NCBI RefSeq assembly: GCF_030144855.1
Contig: NC_082730.1
Span: 3,782,001-3,846,000 of the forward strand
Length of the DNA: 64,000 bases
Direction: 5' to 3'
Origin: Hypanus sabinus
Lineage: Eukaryota
Each line of letters starts with the position of its first letter. The first letter of the stretch is position 1. The position numbers and the translations under genes are program-made. Under the pieces are notes generated by a model, which was not told where the DNA came from, made no database searches, and saw only the letters and a program-made list of their open reading frames with translations. Positions 12,430 through 24,310 of the stretch are shown here, in pieces.

Positions 12430-12950
12430 CTCCCTGTCACCTCTTCCCTTCGCCCCATCCCCATCATCCTCTTCCTCTCCACTCCTCCATCTTCATTACT
12501 ATCTTCCCCTTCCTTCTCTCTCCCTACATACCTCTCCTGTCCCCTGTTCTGCCCTCCCACCACTACACACAGATGGGTGGGTAGGTTGAATGGAAGGCAG
12601 AGGGGATGAGGAATGGGGTACGGAGGGAGGAAGGCAGAGGGACAGTTGGGGTTAGACAGTGGAGGAAGGAATGTAAAAGGACAGAGGGAAGGAGAGGAGG
12701 CAGGAGAGTTGAGAGGAGGGAAAGGTATGGAGTGTGGATGGGGAGAGGTGTGAGGATACTAGGAGTAATCGAAGGGGCAAGAGAAGGAGAGCATGGAAGA
12801 CAGGGAGGGAAGGGGAGGGAGAGAAGAATATACTGGGGGGGTTAGCACAGACAGTAGGCAGAGTGAGGGAAGACAGGAGGCAGAGAAAGGAGTGGGTTTG
12901 TCTGGGAATCACAGGGAATATGAGGTGATAAGAGGCAGGGACCTGGAGCA
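12430..12950. repeat. CT-rich then GA-rich low-complexity sequence
   Basis: Strong pyrimidine bias at 12430-12570 switches to purine bias at 12575-12950. Confidence 0.6.
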
Positions 12951-15070
12951 TAGCAGGTGAGACACAGTCAGAGGATGACAGGGATCAGGGGTAGGTGGGA
13001 GACAGAGTGGGGCAGTTGGGCCGATGGGTGGATTTGGAGATGGTAGGTAAGAGGAAGGACAAATAAAGGAGTGGGATTTGAGGGTGGTGAGATAAAGGGA
13101 CAGTAAACTGAAACCAGTAGGGGAAGTACGATGCAGGATTAGGACCGGGGGGGGGGGGGGGGGAGCCTGTGCCTGCCCACTTATTTCGGGAAACTATGGA
13201 ACCATTCCTTGCAAGAACAGGAACTACAAACCCTTTCCCAAAGGATGGCACAACATCCCAGCAGCTGCCAAGCAACACTGATCGATCTATGGAGAGACAG
13301 GAATCTGCCGATGCTGGAATCTGAAGCAACAGACAATCTGCTGGAGGAACTTGACGGGTCAGGCAGCATTTGTGGAGGGAAACAGACTGTCAACATTTCG
13401 AGTCACGACCCTTCACTGGACTGATAGAGGGAGAATGTTCAGTATAAAGAGAGAATGGGAGGAAGAGATGACGTGTGGATGCGGATTATTGGATGGTAGG
13501 CAGAACAAAGCGAGGAGAAGTGAAATAGTGAAAAAGCTGGGAGGTGAGAGGTGGAGTGAGCAGAGGAGAATAGAGTGGGTGGGGACCTAGTGGGAGAAGT
13601 GTGTAGGTGATGAGCAGATGGAGAAAGAGAAAGAGGGAAATAAATGGATTGTTAGGTGGCAGCGAGGTGTGGGAGGAACTGGGAAGATTAGGTGGGAGAA
13701 AGAACAGGAACAGAGGGGGAGCAGTTTATCTGAGATTGGGGAATTCAATCATGTACATGACATTGGGTTGTAGACTAGCCAGTCGGAATACAAGGTCTTG
13801 TTTCGCCAGTTGTGTTTGGCCTCATCCTGGCAGAGGAAGAGGCGAAGGACATCCATGTCATTATTGGAATGGAGACAGGAATTGAAATTGCTCAAATCTA
13901 TGAGCTCCAGTTGGCATTGGTGGTTGGATTGCTGGGTCTCACCAACGCAGAGAAGCTGACTGCTTCAGACAAGGTCAGAGGAGGGGCATGTGAATGTCTG
14001 CCTCATCTGGAAGGTGATGAGGGAGGGAGGAGATGTAAGGACTATTGTTACACCTCCTACAATCATAGAGCAGTCTCTGGGGAGTGGAGAGGTGAGCGAG
14101 GTGGAGAATCATGGAGGGAGTGATTGATTTGGAAATCCGCAAGATGTCAGGGAATTGGGGAAGTGAGGTTAGTGTAGGATTCACATTGCAGTTGGCACAA
14201 GTGGTAAGTGACATGCTGCATACCTGGGCTGGTTGAATGTAAGAACTCCCTCTCACTTCTGCCTTGGTCGAGAGAAAGTGAGTTGAGATGTACAAGAGAG
14301 GAGACGTGGGTGAAGGTGCCTCTGACAGAGTGTTGGTGGGGGGGGGGGGGGGCAGAGCAGTTCTTCATGAAGAAGGATCACAGACATCCTGCAGTGTAAG
14401 GCCTCATCTCAACTACAGTTGAAATCCAGAAACTGTGACGAAGCAATGGAGTCCGAACAAGGGACATGGTGGGAGGATGTGTGGTCTAGGTAGTTATGTG
14501 AATAAGTAAGGTTGAAGGAAATGTCTCCGGAGATGGAGGCAGTGATCAAGAAAGGGGAGAATGGTGTCGGAAATAGAACAGGGGAATTTGAAGGGTGGGC
14601 GGGGGTGGAAGTTAGCTTAGGCATCAATGAAATTGCGTTCCAGATGGGTGCAGGAATTGTCACCCGTGCAGTCATCAATAGAAGAGTTGGGGAGCGATAT
14701 CTGGGTAGGTTTGGAAATTCATATAGCCAGAGAAAAGGCAGCCACAGTTAGGGCCAATTCCAGTGCCTGTGGCTGCACAGTTGATCTCCAGTAAGTGGGA
14801 GGAAACGGCGCTGGTGGAGGAGGGTGTTAGTCGAGGAGAACCATTTGGACCTGTGTTTTCGAAAGAACTGGAAAGGCCTTAAGCCTTCCTGATGGGGGAT
14901 GTCAGTCCAGGGTGAAGGTGAGGCAGCGGAGGGCAGGGATTCCGAAGTTGTTGGAATGGTGGGTGTGGTAAACCATGTATACCTGTCTGGACACACCCCC
15001 CTGCTGACTGCTCCTGTGGCTCCTCCCACAGACCCCTGTATAAAGGTGATTGGGGGACTGCTCCTCCCTC
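12950..15070 (-). mobile_element. Penelope-like element remnant (RT plus GIY-YIG endonuclease)
   Basis: Minus frames give WTDIPHQEGL (RT), TYSHNYLDHTSSHHVPCSDSIASSQFL (Penelope RT C-terminal motif) and LLCVGET / LCQDEA (GIY-YIG region). A terminal-repeat-like sequence lies at ~13300-13430. Confidence 0.75.
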
Positions 15071-16279
15071 AGTCTCTGACATGTCATGCTCCTTTTTCGC
15101 TGTTAATAAAAGCCTATCGTTCACTTCCAGTCTCCGAGATTTAGTGATGGTGCATCAGCGAGGTATGCTGAATGCGGTGGGTCTGTGCTGGTCTTCACAT
15201 TTTCTCTGTAAATGCCACACCTCTCTAAACCTGAATAAAGCAAACTATCAGAGGCATGAGCTGTGAGCCGTCTCTGGTAAAGTGGGAAACGACTTTCAAA
15301 ACAACTTTAAAATGTACAACCAGATGTTAAATTTAGCATTGTGATGTTGATTTTCGTAGACTTCAGGTGCAATACATTGGATAGTGGTGTTTGACAAATG
15401 TCGAATCTGATAATAATCAAATATTTAAATACTCCATGTCGTTTCTGTAGCAGTTACATTTCATTGTGCATTCTGTCGCGCAAGAGCTTCTGCAGATGTT
15501 GGGAATATTCAGACCAGAGCTCTGTCAAGGGTCCCGCCTCTCACCCACCGCACGACCGGGATACTCAGATTTGGAGGTTGAAGGCACCTCTCTCCTTGGT
15601 CCGTGCCTCGCCGCATGGCCGGAGGAGTTTGAAGGCTCCCGCTGCTTCCCGCTTGAGTCGGCTACGTGCCCACGCTGCCACCGTGCAGGTCAATATGGAG
15701 ACGATATTCCTGGGCCGACTGAGGGTCTTTTCCTCAGCCTCGTGTCGGTCCTCATTGTCGTAGGGCAGAGAAGAGGACAGCTGCTGGAATCTGCCGGAGG
15801 AGCTCAACGCCTGCGCTTGCCGCTCCGTGTCAAATCCCATCGAGGAATGGCTGCTTTAGAGAGGTTGTGCTGCTCTCTCCGCTGGGGCGGGGGGGGTTGG
15901 TGACACCTTCCCTCACTGCTCCCCTTCTGTCCTTTCTGACTGTACATTATATTGGTTTCCTTCACTTTCCTGTCTTTTCTTTCTTGTGGATGAATGGTGG
16001 GTAGGTGATCTGTTAATTTTTGTGTGAGAGAGAGGTTGGGAGTTCGGTACTACTGTGGCTGTTCGTTTCTGCGAATGAGGGGTTCGGGGACTGTTATTGG
16101 GGCAGTTTTTGTGAGTGAGGGGCCTGTGGACTGTTATTGTGGCTGTTTCTGTGAGTGAGAGGTCGGGGAACTGCTATTCTGACTGTTTCTGCGAGTGGGG
16201 GGACTCGGGGACTGTTATTGTGGCTGTTTTTTACTCTGGTGGAGGGGGGATTTGGGGATCAGCGAGTTTTGTTTTTTTT

Positions 16280-17900
16280 AGAACATAATATAAGAACATC
16301 AGAAATAGGAGCTGGAGTAGGCCATCCAGTCCATCGGAGCCTGCCCTGCCATTCAATCGATCCTGGTTGATCTGTCAGTAAACTCAGCTCCAGCTACCTG
16401 CCTTTTCCCCAGAACCCTTAATTCCACTACTGTGTAAAAACCTATCTAACTGCCTCTTAAACATATTTAGTGAGGAAGCCTCAACTGCTTCCTGGGGCAG
16501 AGAATTCCACAGATTCACCACACTCTGGGGAAAAACAGTTTCTCCTCACCTCCACCCTAAATCTTCTCTCCTGAATCTTGAGGTAATGCCCGCTAGTTCT
16601 AGTCTCACCTACCAATGGAAACAACTTTCCTACTTCTATCTTATCTATCCCTTTCAAAATTTTGCATGTTTCTATAAGATCCCGTCTCATTCTTCCAAAC
16701 TCCAGAGAGTATAGTCCCAGGTGACACAATCTCCCTCATAGGTTAACTCCTTTATCTCTGGACTCATCCTGGAACTCCTCTGCACTGCCTCCAAAGCCAG
16801 TCTATGCTTCCTCAAGCATGGAGACCAAAACTGCACACAGTACTCCAGGTGTGGCCTCACCAGTACCCTGTACATTTGCAGCATGAACTCCCTGCCCTTG
16901 AATTCAATCCCTCTAGCAATAAAAGTCAACATTCCGTTTGCCTTCGCAATAACCTGTTGCACCTGCAAGCCAACTTTTTGTAATTCATGCACAAGCACTC
17001 CCAAAGTCCCTCTGCACAACAGCATGCTGCAATCTTTCACCATTGAAATAATAATCAGTTCTTCTGTATTCCTTGAAAAGTGGATGATCTCACATTTCTT
17101 CCTTAATGACAGCTTCAAGCATTTTCCCGACTACAGATGTTTTTCAAATTAGAACTGGGCTATAGTTGCCTGTCTTTTGCCTACATCCTTTTTAGAAAAG
17201 TGGTGTGACATTTACTGTCTTCCAATCCACCAGGACCTGCCAAGGGTCTAGAGAGTTTTGATAAATGATTACCAACGTGTCTACTATAACCTCTGCCAAT
17301 TCCTTCAGCACCCTGGGATGCATCCCATCAGGACCAGAGGACTTATCTACCTTCAGGCCCTCCAGTTTTCTCATCACTATCCCTTTAGTGACAGTGATTT
17401 TATCGAGGTCCTCACCTCCCATTTCATCCATAACATCCTTCTTTGGCATATTAGATGTGTCCTTCACCATGAAAACCAACACAAAATAGTCATTCAATGC
17501 CTCAGCCATTTCCTTATCACCCAATATCAATTTCCTCTTCTCATCTTTCAAGGGACCTACATTGACTTTAGCCACCCTCTTCTACTTTAAATATTTATAA
17601 AAACTTTTGCTATCCATTTTTAGAGTTTGTGCTAATTTACTTTCATACTCTATCTTCCCTTTCTTTATTTCATGTTTAGTTGTTCTTTGTTGCTTTTTAA
17701 AGTTTTCCCAATCCTCCTGTCTCCCACTACTCTTTGCGACTCTGTACACGAGCTTTTAATTTGATACTATCTTTTATTTCCTTATTACCCAATATCAATT
17801 TCCCCTCATCTTCCAAGGGACCTATGTTGACTTTAGCCACCCTCTTCCACTTTATAGAATTATAAAAACTTTTGCTGGTTTTATATTTTTTCATGCAAGG
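16280..17900 (-). mobile_element. CR1 LINE, internally deleted
   Basis: Minus ORFs include KLEGLKVDKSSGPDGMHPRVLKEL and ANGMLTFIARGIEFK...[16 protein letters not shown] 3' UTR/tail lies at ~16280-16330, and 17500-17640 is locally duplicated at 17770-17880. Confidence 0.85.
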
Positions 17901-18659
17901 GTTGGGTGGGAGTTGATATATTTTCTTTCATCAATACCCATGGTCTTTTCTGTATGTAATTGCTATCTGGATTTGAGTGTTGTATTATACATGCGTACTT
18001 TGACAATAAACTGAACCTTTGATCCATCTACTTAAGTCTCTTCAGTAGATTGATGAAAGACTGACAGGGAACGTTGGGGTCTCTCCTGTGGACTCAGGTG
18101 CTCACCCAACCTGCGTTTGGTGTCTTCAGCATAGAGGGGACCACAGCATGGTTACAGAATATGTGGACTGGATTGGAGAATGTTCGACTGAATCACTGCT
18201 TCATTTGGAAGGAAAATTCAGGTCCCTGGATTGGGGTCAGCTCAGAGTCAGAGCGCTGACCACAGAAACAGGCCCTATGGCCGATCCAGTCCGTGACAAC
18301 TTCTCTCAAATGTCGCAATTGAATGCGCAGCCACCACCTCCGCTGGCAGCCTGTTGCAAACTCACTCGACCCTCTGAATGGAGAAGTGCCCCATCACATT
18401 GCCCTTTAATAAGATCATTGGAGTAGAATTCGGCCATTAAGTCAATCAAGTCTGCTGTGCCTTTCCATAATGACTGATGTATTCCCCCCCAAAACACAAT
18501 TCCCCTTCCTTCCCATACCTTTGATAGAGAGGGAGATAGAAGTGGGGGAAGGGAGGTTAGGGCAATAATGAGAGACAATCTCACAGCTGCACTCAGAGGG
18601 GACATAGTTGTGTCTATATAGGTAGAAAATTGAATCAATATTGGTAGAAAAGTTGAGGA

Positions 18660-20220
18660 GGGTGCTATCATGCTAATGGGATTGTACTACAGACCCCCCC
18701 TCCCCCGCTTCCCATAGCTACCAGGTCAGTGAAGAACAGGCATGCACACACATTAAGGACAGGTGTAAAAACAACAGGGTTGTTGTCATGGTGGATTCAA
18801 CTTCCCTAATATAAACTGGGACTTTGAATAAGAAGTTTACATGGGACAGAATTTATTCAGCTCATCCAGTAGGATTTCTTAAATCAGTGTGTAGATAGTC
18901 CAACAAGCACAAAGTCTTTACTGGACCTAGTGTTGGGTAATGAACCCGGCCAAGTGACTGAGTTTTCAGTTTGGGACAGTAACTGTAATGATATGCTAGG
19001 ACATTTCAAGGTAAAGGAGGAGATAATGTTGGGTCCCTGAAAGAGCATATTCAGGTGGATAAATCCTCATGACTTGATGCGACAGACCCCAGGATATTGA
19101 GAGAGGCAAATAAGAGATGGCCGGGGTCTTGACCAATATCTTTGTGTCCTCACTCACAAGTGATGAGGTCCCAAAGGACTGGCAAGTAGCTCTTGTTGTT
19201 CCAGTTTATGAGAAGGGAAGCAGGAATAATCCTGGAACCGTCAGACTGGTGAGTCCCACGTCAGTGGTTGGGAAGTTACTGGGAGAATTCTTAGGGATAG
19301 GATTTATCAGTAGACCTAATTAGGGAGAGCAGCATGGCTCTACATAGGACAATTCATGTCTTATTATCTTGCCTGAGTTTTTTGATGAAGGTAGAGCTGT
19401 GGATGTTGTTTACCTGGATTTTAGTAAGGCATCTGACAAGGAAGCTCATCCAGAGATTAAGATGCATGGCGTACATGGTGACTTGGTGATTTGGATTCAG
19501 AACTGCCTTGCCCATAGATGACAAAGGGTGGGGGTCTGTGATTAGGGATCTGTACTGGGACCTCCACTGTTCATAAATAATGTAGATGAAAATGTTGATG
19601 GGTGGGTTAGTAAATTTGCAGAAGCTATGAAGATTGGTGGTGTTGTGAGATGTGTAGAAGACTGACAAAGAATTCAGTAGGATATAGGTTTGTTGCAGAT
19701 ATGGTCAGAGAAATGATAAATGGAGTTTAAACTGGCCAAATGTGAAGTCTTGCAACTTAATAGTTCAAATGTAAAGAGACAGTATAATCTTAAGGGCAAG
19801 ACCCATAAAAGTGATGACAAGCAGAGGGACCTTGGGGTCCAAGTCCATAACTCCCTTAAAGTGGCTACACAATTTGGTAAGAAGGCACATGGCATGTTTG
19901 CCTTTATTAGCTGAGGCGTTATTCAAAAGTCAGCAAGTTATGTTGCAGCTTTATAAAACTCTAGTTAGGGTGTGTCAGTTCTGGTTTTCCCACTATAGGG
20001 AGGATGTTGAGGCTTTGGAGAGGGTGCAGAGCAGGTTCACCAGGATGTTGACTGGATTAGGGGGCTTGTGCAATAATGAGAGGTTGGAAAGACTTTGCTT
20101 GTTTTCTCTGGAGTGGCAGAGGGAGGGGAGATCTTATGGAGGTTTATAAGATTATGAGAGGCATTGACAGAGTAAACACACAGTATCTTTTTTCCCCAGT
20201 GCCTTTTATAAGCTGGACAA
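18660..20220 (+). mobile_element. Highly decayed CR1 ORF2 (APE-RT) fragments
   Basis: Contains VPKDWQVALVVPVYEKG...PVSPTSVVGKLL, FKLAKCEVL and QFWFSHYREDVEALERVQSRFTRM. Confidence 0.75.
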
Positions 20221-20331
20221 CACTGACTCAGCTCAGGAGCAGAGAAAGTGAGGAACTGAGGTAAGTGTTAGTGTAGTGGAGGAAGAGGTATAGATCAATG
20301 TGGAGGTTGATGATAATGAATGAAGTAACCC

Positions 20332-21059
20332 TGTTACGAACCCGCAGGTTTCATAAATTGCGGACTGTCGCTTTAAGAGTGCCTGAGTGAGGCGGGACTA
20401 TGATGTCAGTCACAGGCTTCTGCGGTCTGTGCAGATTAAAAGAGAGAACGAGAGAGAATGAGAACAACTACTCTCTCAGTCTTCGCAAGACTTGGACCTG
20501 CGAACTGTCGGGGCAGGTTTGCTCCAGTATGGGTGTCTGGCACATCGTGTAATCCATAGGAGTGGATTTTGGTATATCTTGTGGGACTGCTTGTGTAGCC
20601 CCTGCCTGGGTGTGTTGTGTGGTAAGAGAGTATTCCTATGACAGGTCACTTTCGGTGATAATTCGTATGTGGATTTGAAACAATACAATGGACAAGATCT
20701 ACTGCAATTGTTATCTTGTTTCCAGCGTGGAACCTGTGGAATATTTTGTACTTACCTTTTTCTACATTACAACCTGGGTTGCAAATATCTCTCTCCCATC
20801 ATTTACTTTGTGGATTACTGAACTTTCCTACTTTACCATCTCGCAACTCTAAGCCTTGCTCCCCCACTCAAGCTCAATATAGTCTGGGAGCTATATTTAC
20901 ACATATATACACAGAACACTGTTAACTTCTGTTTATCTTGGTTTAAGTTTCTATATTACAAGTAGTCAGTAATAAAGATAGTGGTTTTAACTTCAAAATC
21001 AGATACCATGTGTAATCTATGGCTGCTGGTTCATTTCTAAAATGTTACAGTTCGTAAAA
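20332..21059 (+). mobile_element. Solo LTR (Gypsy-like), 728 bp
   Basis: Terminal inverted repeat TGTTACGAA...TTCGTAAAA (terminal CA mutated to AA). 4-bp TSD ACCC at 20328-20331 and 21060-21063. AATAAA at 20971. Confidence 0.8.
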
Positions 21060-21149
21060 ACCCTCAAACAAAACCCAGCCAAGCAGCTCAAACTTTGAAC
21101 AGTAGAGACGGCAAATGGAGTTTCTTTTCCCAGAGAACTCTAGATAAAG

Positions 21150-21620
21150 CTCTTGGTCCGGTCGCATTCACACAAACCAATCTTCTATCCTTGGAATCAC
21201 TTTACACCGCATGCTGTCAGAGCAGTGCTGCCAGGATAATCAAGGAGACAACCCACCCAGCCAACACACTTTTTGTCCCTCTTCCCTCCGGGAGAAGGTA
21301 CAGGAGCTTGAAGATTTGTACGGCCAGATTTGGGAACAGCTTCTTTCCAACCGTGATAAGGCTGCTGAACAGTTCCTGACCTGGATCTGGGCCGTACCTT
21401 ACAAACATCCGGACCTGACTTGCACTACCTTACTTTCCCTTTTCTATTTTCTAATTCTGATTTTAATTATGATTTATAATTATGATGTATAAATTATTTT
21501 TTTATTATATTTACTTGGATTTGTACTTCAGGGAGCATGAAGCGCAGAATCAAATATCGCTGTGATGATTGTACGCTCTGGTATCAATTGTTTGGTGACA
21601 ATGAAGTATTGTATTGTATC
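21150..21620 (+). mobile_element. Rex1/Babar LINE 3' end
   Basis: IIKETTHPANTLFVPLPSGRRYRSL...FGNSFFPTVIRLLN, followed by a 3' UTR with a gtatt-repeat tail. Confidence 0.75.
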
Positions 21621-22120
21621 CAGTGTATTGCGTGTAGATCTGGTCACCCCATTATAGGGAGGATGTTGAAGCTTTGGAGAGGGTGCAGAAGAGGTTTACC
21701 AGGATTCTGCATGGTTCAGAGGGCCTGTTATATCATGAGAGTCTGGATAAACTAGGGGTATTTTCTCTGGAGTGGTGGTGGCTGAGGAAAGATCTGATAG
21801 AGGTCTACAAGATTATAAGAGGCACATATAGAGTGTCTGTTTCCCAGGGTAGTAATCTCTGATACTGGAGGGCATGTGAGAGGGGTAGGTCCAAGAGGGA
21901 TATGAAGGGTAGGGTCTTTACTCAGTCGTTGATGTCTGGAATGCGCTGGTAGAGGCAAATACATTAGAGGCTTTTGGATAGGCACATAAATATGAGGAAG
22001 AGGGAGGGATATGGACGTGGTGGAGGTAGGAGGAATTAGTGTATGGGTGTTTTTGTTTTGCTTTTTAGCTGGTTTGACACTACGTTTTGGGAAAAATGGT
22101 TTGTTCCTGTGCTGTACTAT
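21620..22120 (+). mobile_element. CR1 3' fragment
   Basis: LERVQKRFTRIL...LGVFSLEWWWLRKDLIEVYKIIRG. Confidence 0.7.
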
Positions 22121-22429
22121 TCTATGTTCTGAGGAACTGGGGAGTTTCAACCCTTTCTGTGGGGCTGTTAGACTTGGGGCAGAGGCTACGTTGTGACTGA
22201 GAAGACTGGTGTCCCATTTATGGAAGTTTATTCACTGAGGGACAATTTCAAACCTATTGTCGACATGGAGCATAGAGGCAGTTTGTAAATCTGACAGGAG
22301 CAAAGGAATTGGTGAGGGTAGACCATGGGAGGGGTATTGAGGAGGGAGGGGCATGGAGCAGGTGGCAGAGAAGGAGTGCACTTGAGAAGGGACTCAAATC
22401 TGCTCACAATTCTTCAAACATAGTCTGAC

Positions 22430-23150
22430 GAAAGCATTATAAAGCCTTAGCATTACATCCTTGCTTTTATATTCTAGTCCTTTGAAATGAATTCTATTAT
22501 TGCATATGCTTTCCTTGCCACTGACTCAAAATGCAGTTTAACATTTAGAGAATCCTGCACTGGCACTCCTAAGTCTCTTTGTACCTCTGTTTCTAAATTT
22601 GCTCCTGTTTCAGAAAGTGCTCCTCACCTTTATTCCTTCTACCAAAGTGCATGACCATACACTTCCCTGAGCTGTATTCCATGCTGACTTCAGCTGATTT
22701 TATCATGAGCCTTCCTTACTAATCCTTACTAAACCTCATCCTTACGAATGAATCATAACATCTTACCAAACACTGAAGTCAGGCTAATTGGTGTATAACT
22801 TCCTATCCTCTGTCCCCCTTAAAGAGTATTGGTGACATTTGCAATTTTCCAGTCCTCTGAAGCCTTTCCAGAATCTAGTGATTCTTGAAAGATCATTACT
22901 AATGCCTCCAAAATCTCTTTACTTTTGGATCCAGGGGTGGAGGGCATCTGGTCCAGTGACTTATCTGCCTTCAGATTTCCAAGCACGTTCTTCTGATAGT
23001 GACTATACTCATTTCTGTCACTCGTCTCTTGAATTTCTGGCATGTGCAGGTGTCTTCCACACAAAATATTTATTGGTGGTCTACCATTTCTTTTTCCCCA
23101 TTGCTGCCTCTCCAGTATCATTTACAATGTTCCAATGTACACAGTGCTCC
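22430..23150 (-). mobile_element. CR1 ORF2 fragments
   Basis: Minus frame gives LKADKS...ALVMIFQESLDSGKASEDWKIANVT. Confidence 0.65.
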
Positions 23151-24049
23151 AGTACCTACACCTCTCCCTATCTTTGTAAACTCCTCCAGCCCTGCACCCT
23201 TCCCTGGTTCTGCCATCCCTCCTGCTCTTAAACCCATCCTTATCTTTGCAAACCCCTCCAGGCCATACATTCTATCCTACCTATCTCTAGCTTCCTCAGT
23301 CCCCACACCCTCCCTGTCAGACCCACTGGAGGTTCTTGGTGGTTTGAGTGGGGTCTGTGGAGGCAGATGTTGCGGGGCAGAGAGCTCTGAGTTGGGACAG
23401 AGAGGGTGGGGGAGGAATAGACAGTTGGTGTGAGGAGGTGAGTGGGAAACAGATGAAGAAGAAGCTGGTGGGGCAATAAAAGGATCAAATTGAGTCTCTG
23501 GAGTGGAGGGAGAACGGGAAGGGGGCTGGGAAAGGGAAACTGGGATGGGAAAGTGGGGGAGGGTGGTTTTCCCCATGGGTTTTAACAGTTGGGATATTAC
23601 GTTGCAGCATTAAAAACTGTTTTGACCACACTTAGATTATGTGTACATTTCCAGTCACAACACTAGAAGTAGTGGCTCTGCTGGTAAGATTCACCAGCAT
23701 GCTGCCTGGATTGTAGAATTGCAGTTCTAGGAAGTGATTAATAAGCTGGGTTTTTTTTCCCTGGAGTGAAATAGAATGTGGGGTGACCAGGTAGAAGTGT
23801 ATAAGATCATGAGAGGCAGAGATACAGCAATAGAGCAGTACGGCAAGAATGCAGGCCACTTTGGCCCAACCTGAAAATGCTAACCATGGTAGTCTTGTAG
23901 CTCGTCCCAATTTCCTGTCTTTGGGCCACATTTCTCTAAGCCCCGGTCCTTCACAAAGCTTTTCAAGATCTTATTAAAATCATACCATTGCATCTGTTTC
24001 AACCACATCCTCTGGCATCTGCATTACAGTTATTGTATCACTATTACGG

Positions 24050-24310
24050 CGCCAGCTGTCCCAAAGGAGTTTGCACATTCTCCCCGTGACCACGCAGATT
24101 TCCTCTGGGTACTCCAGTTTCCTCCCACATTCCAAAGATGTAGGGTTAGAGTTAGTGAGTTCTGGACATGCTCTGTTGGTGTTTCATGTGCTGTGATACT
24201 TGTCGGCCAAAAGCCAGCACAATCCTCACTGATTTGATTTGATGCAGAGTACACATTTGTCTGAGTGTTTTGATATTTTGACATAAATGTTAGAAGTAAA
24301 GCTAATCTCT
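24050..24310 (+). mobile_element. V-SINE/HE1-like SINE
   Basis: ggagtttgcacattctccccgtgaccacgcagatttcctctgggtactccagtttcctcccacattccaaaga is the conserved V-SINE central domain. Confidence 0.7.
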
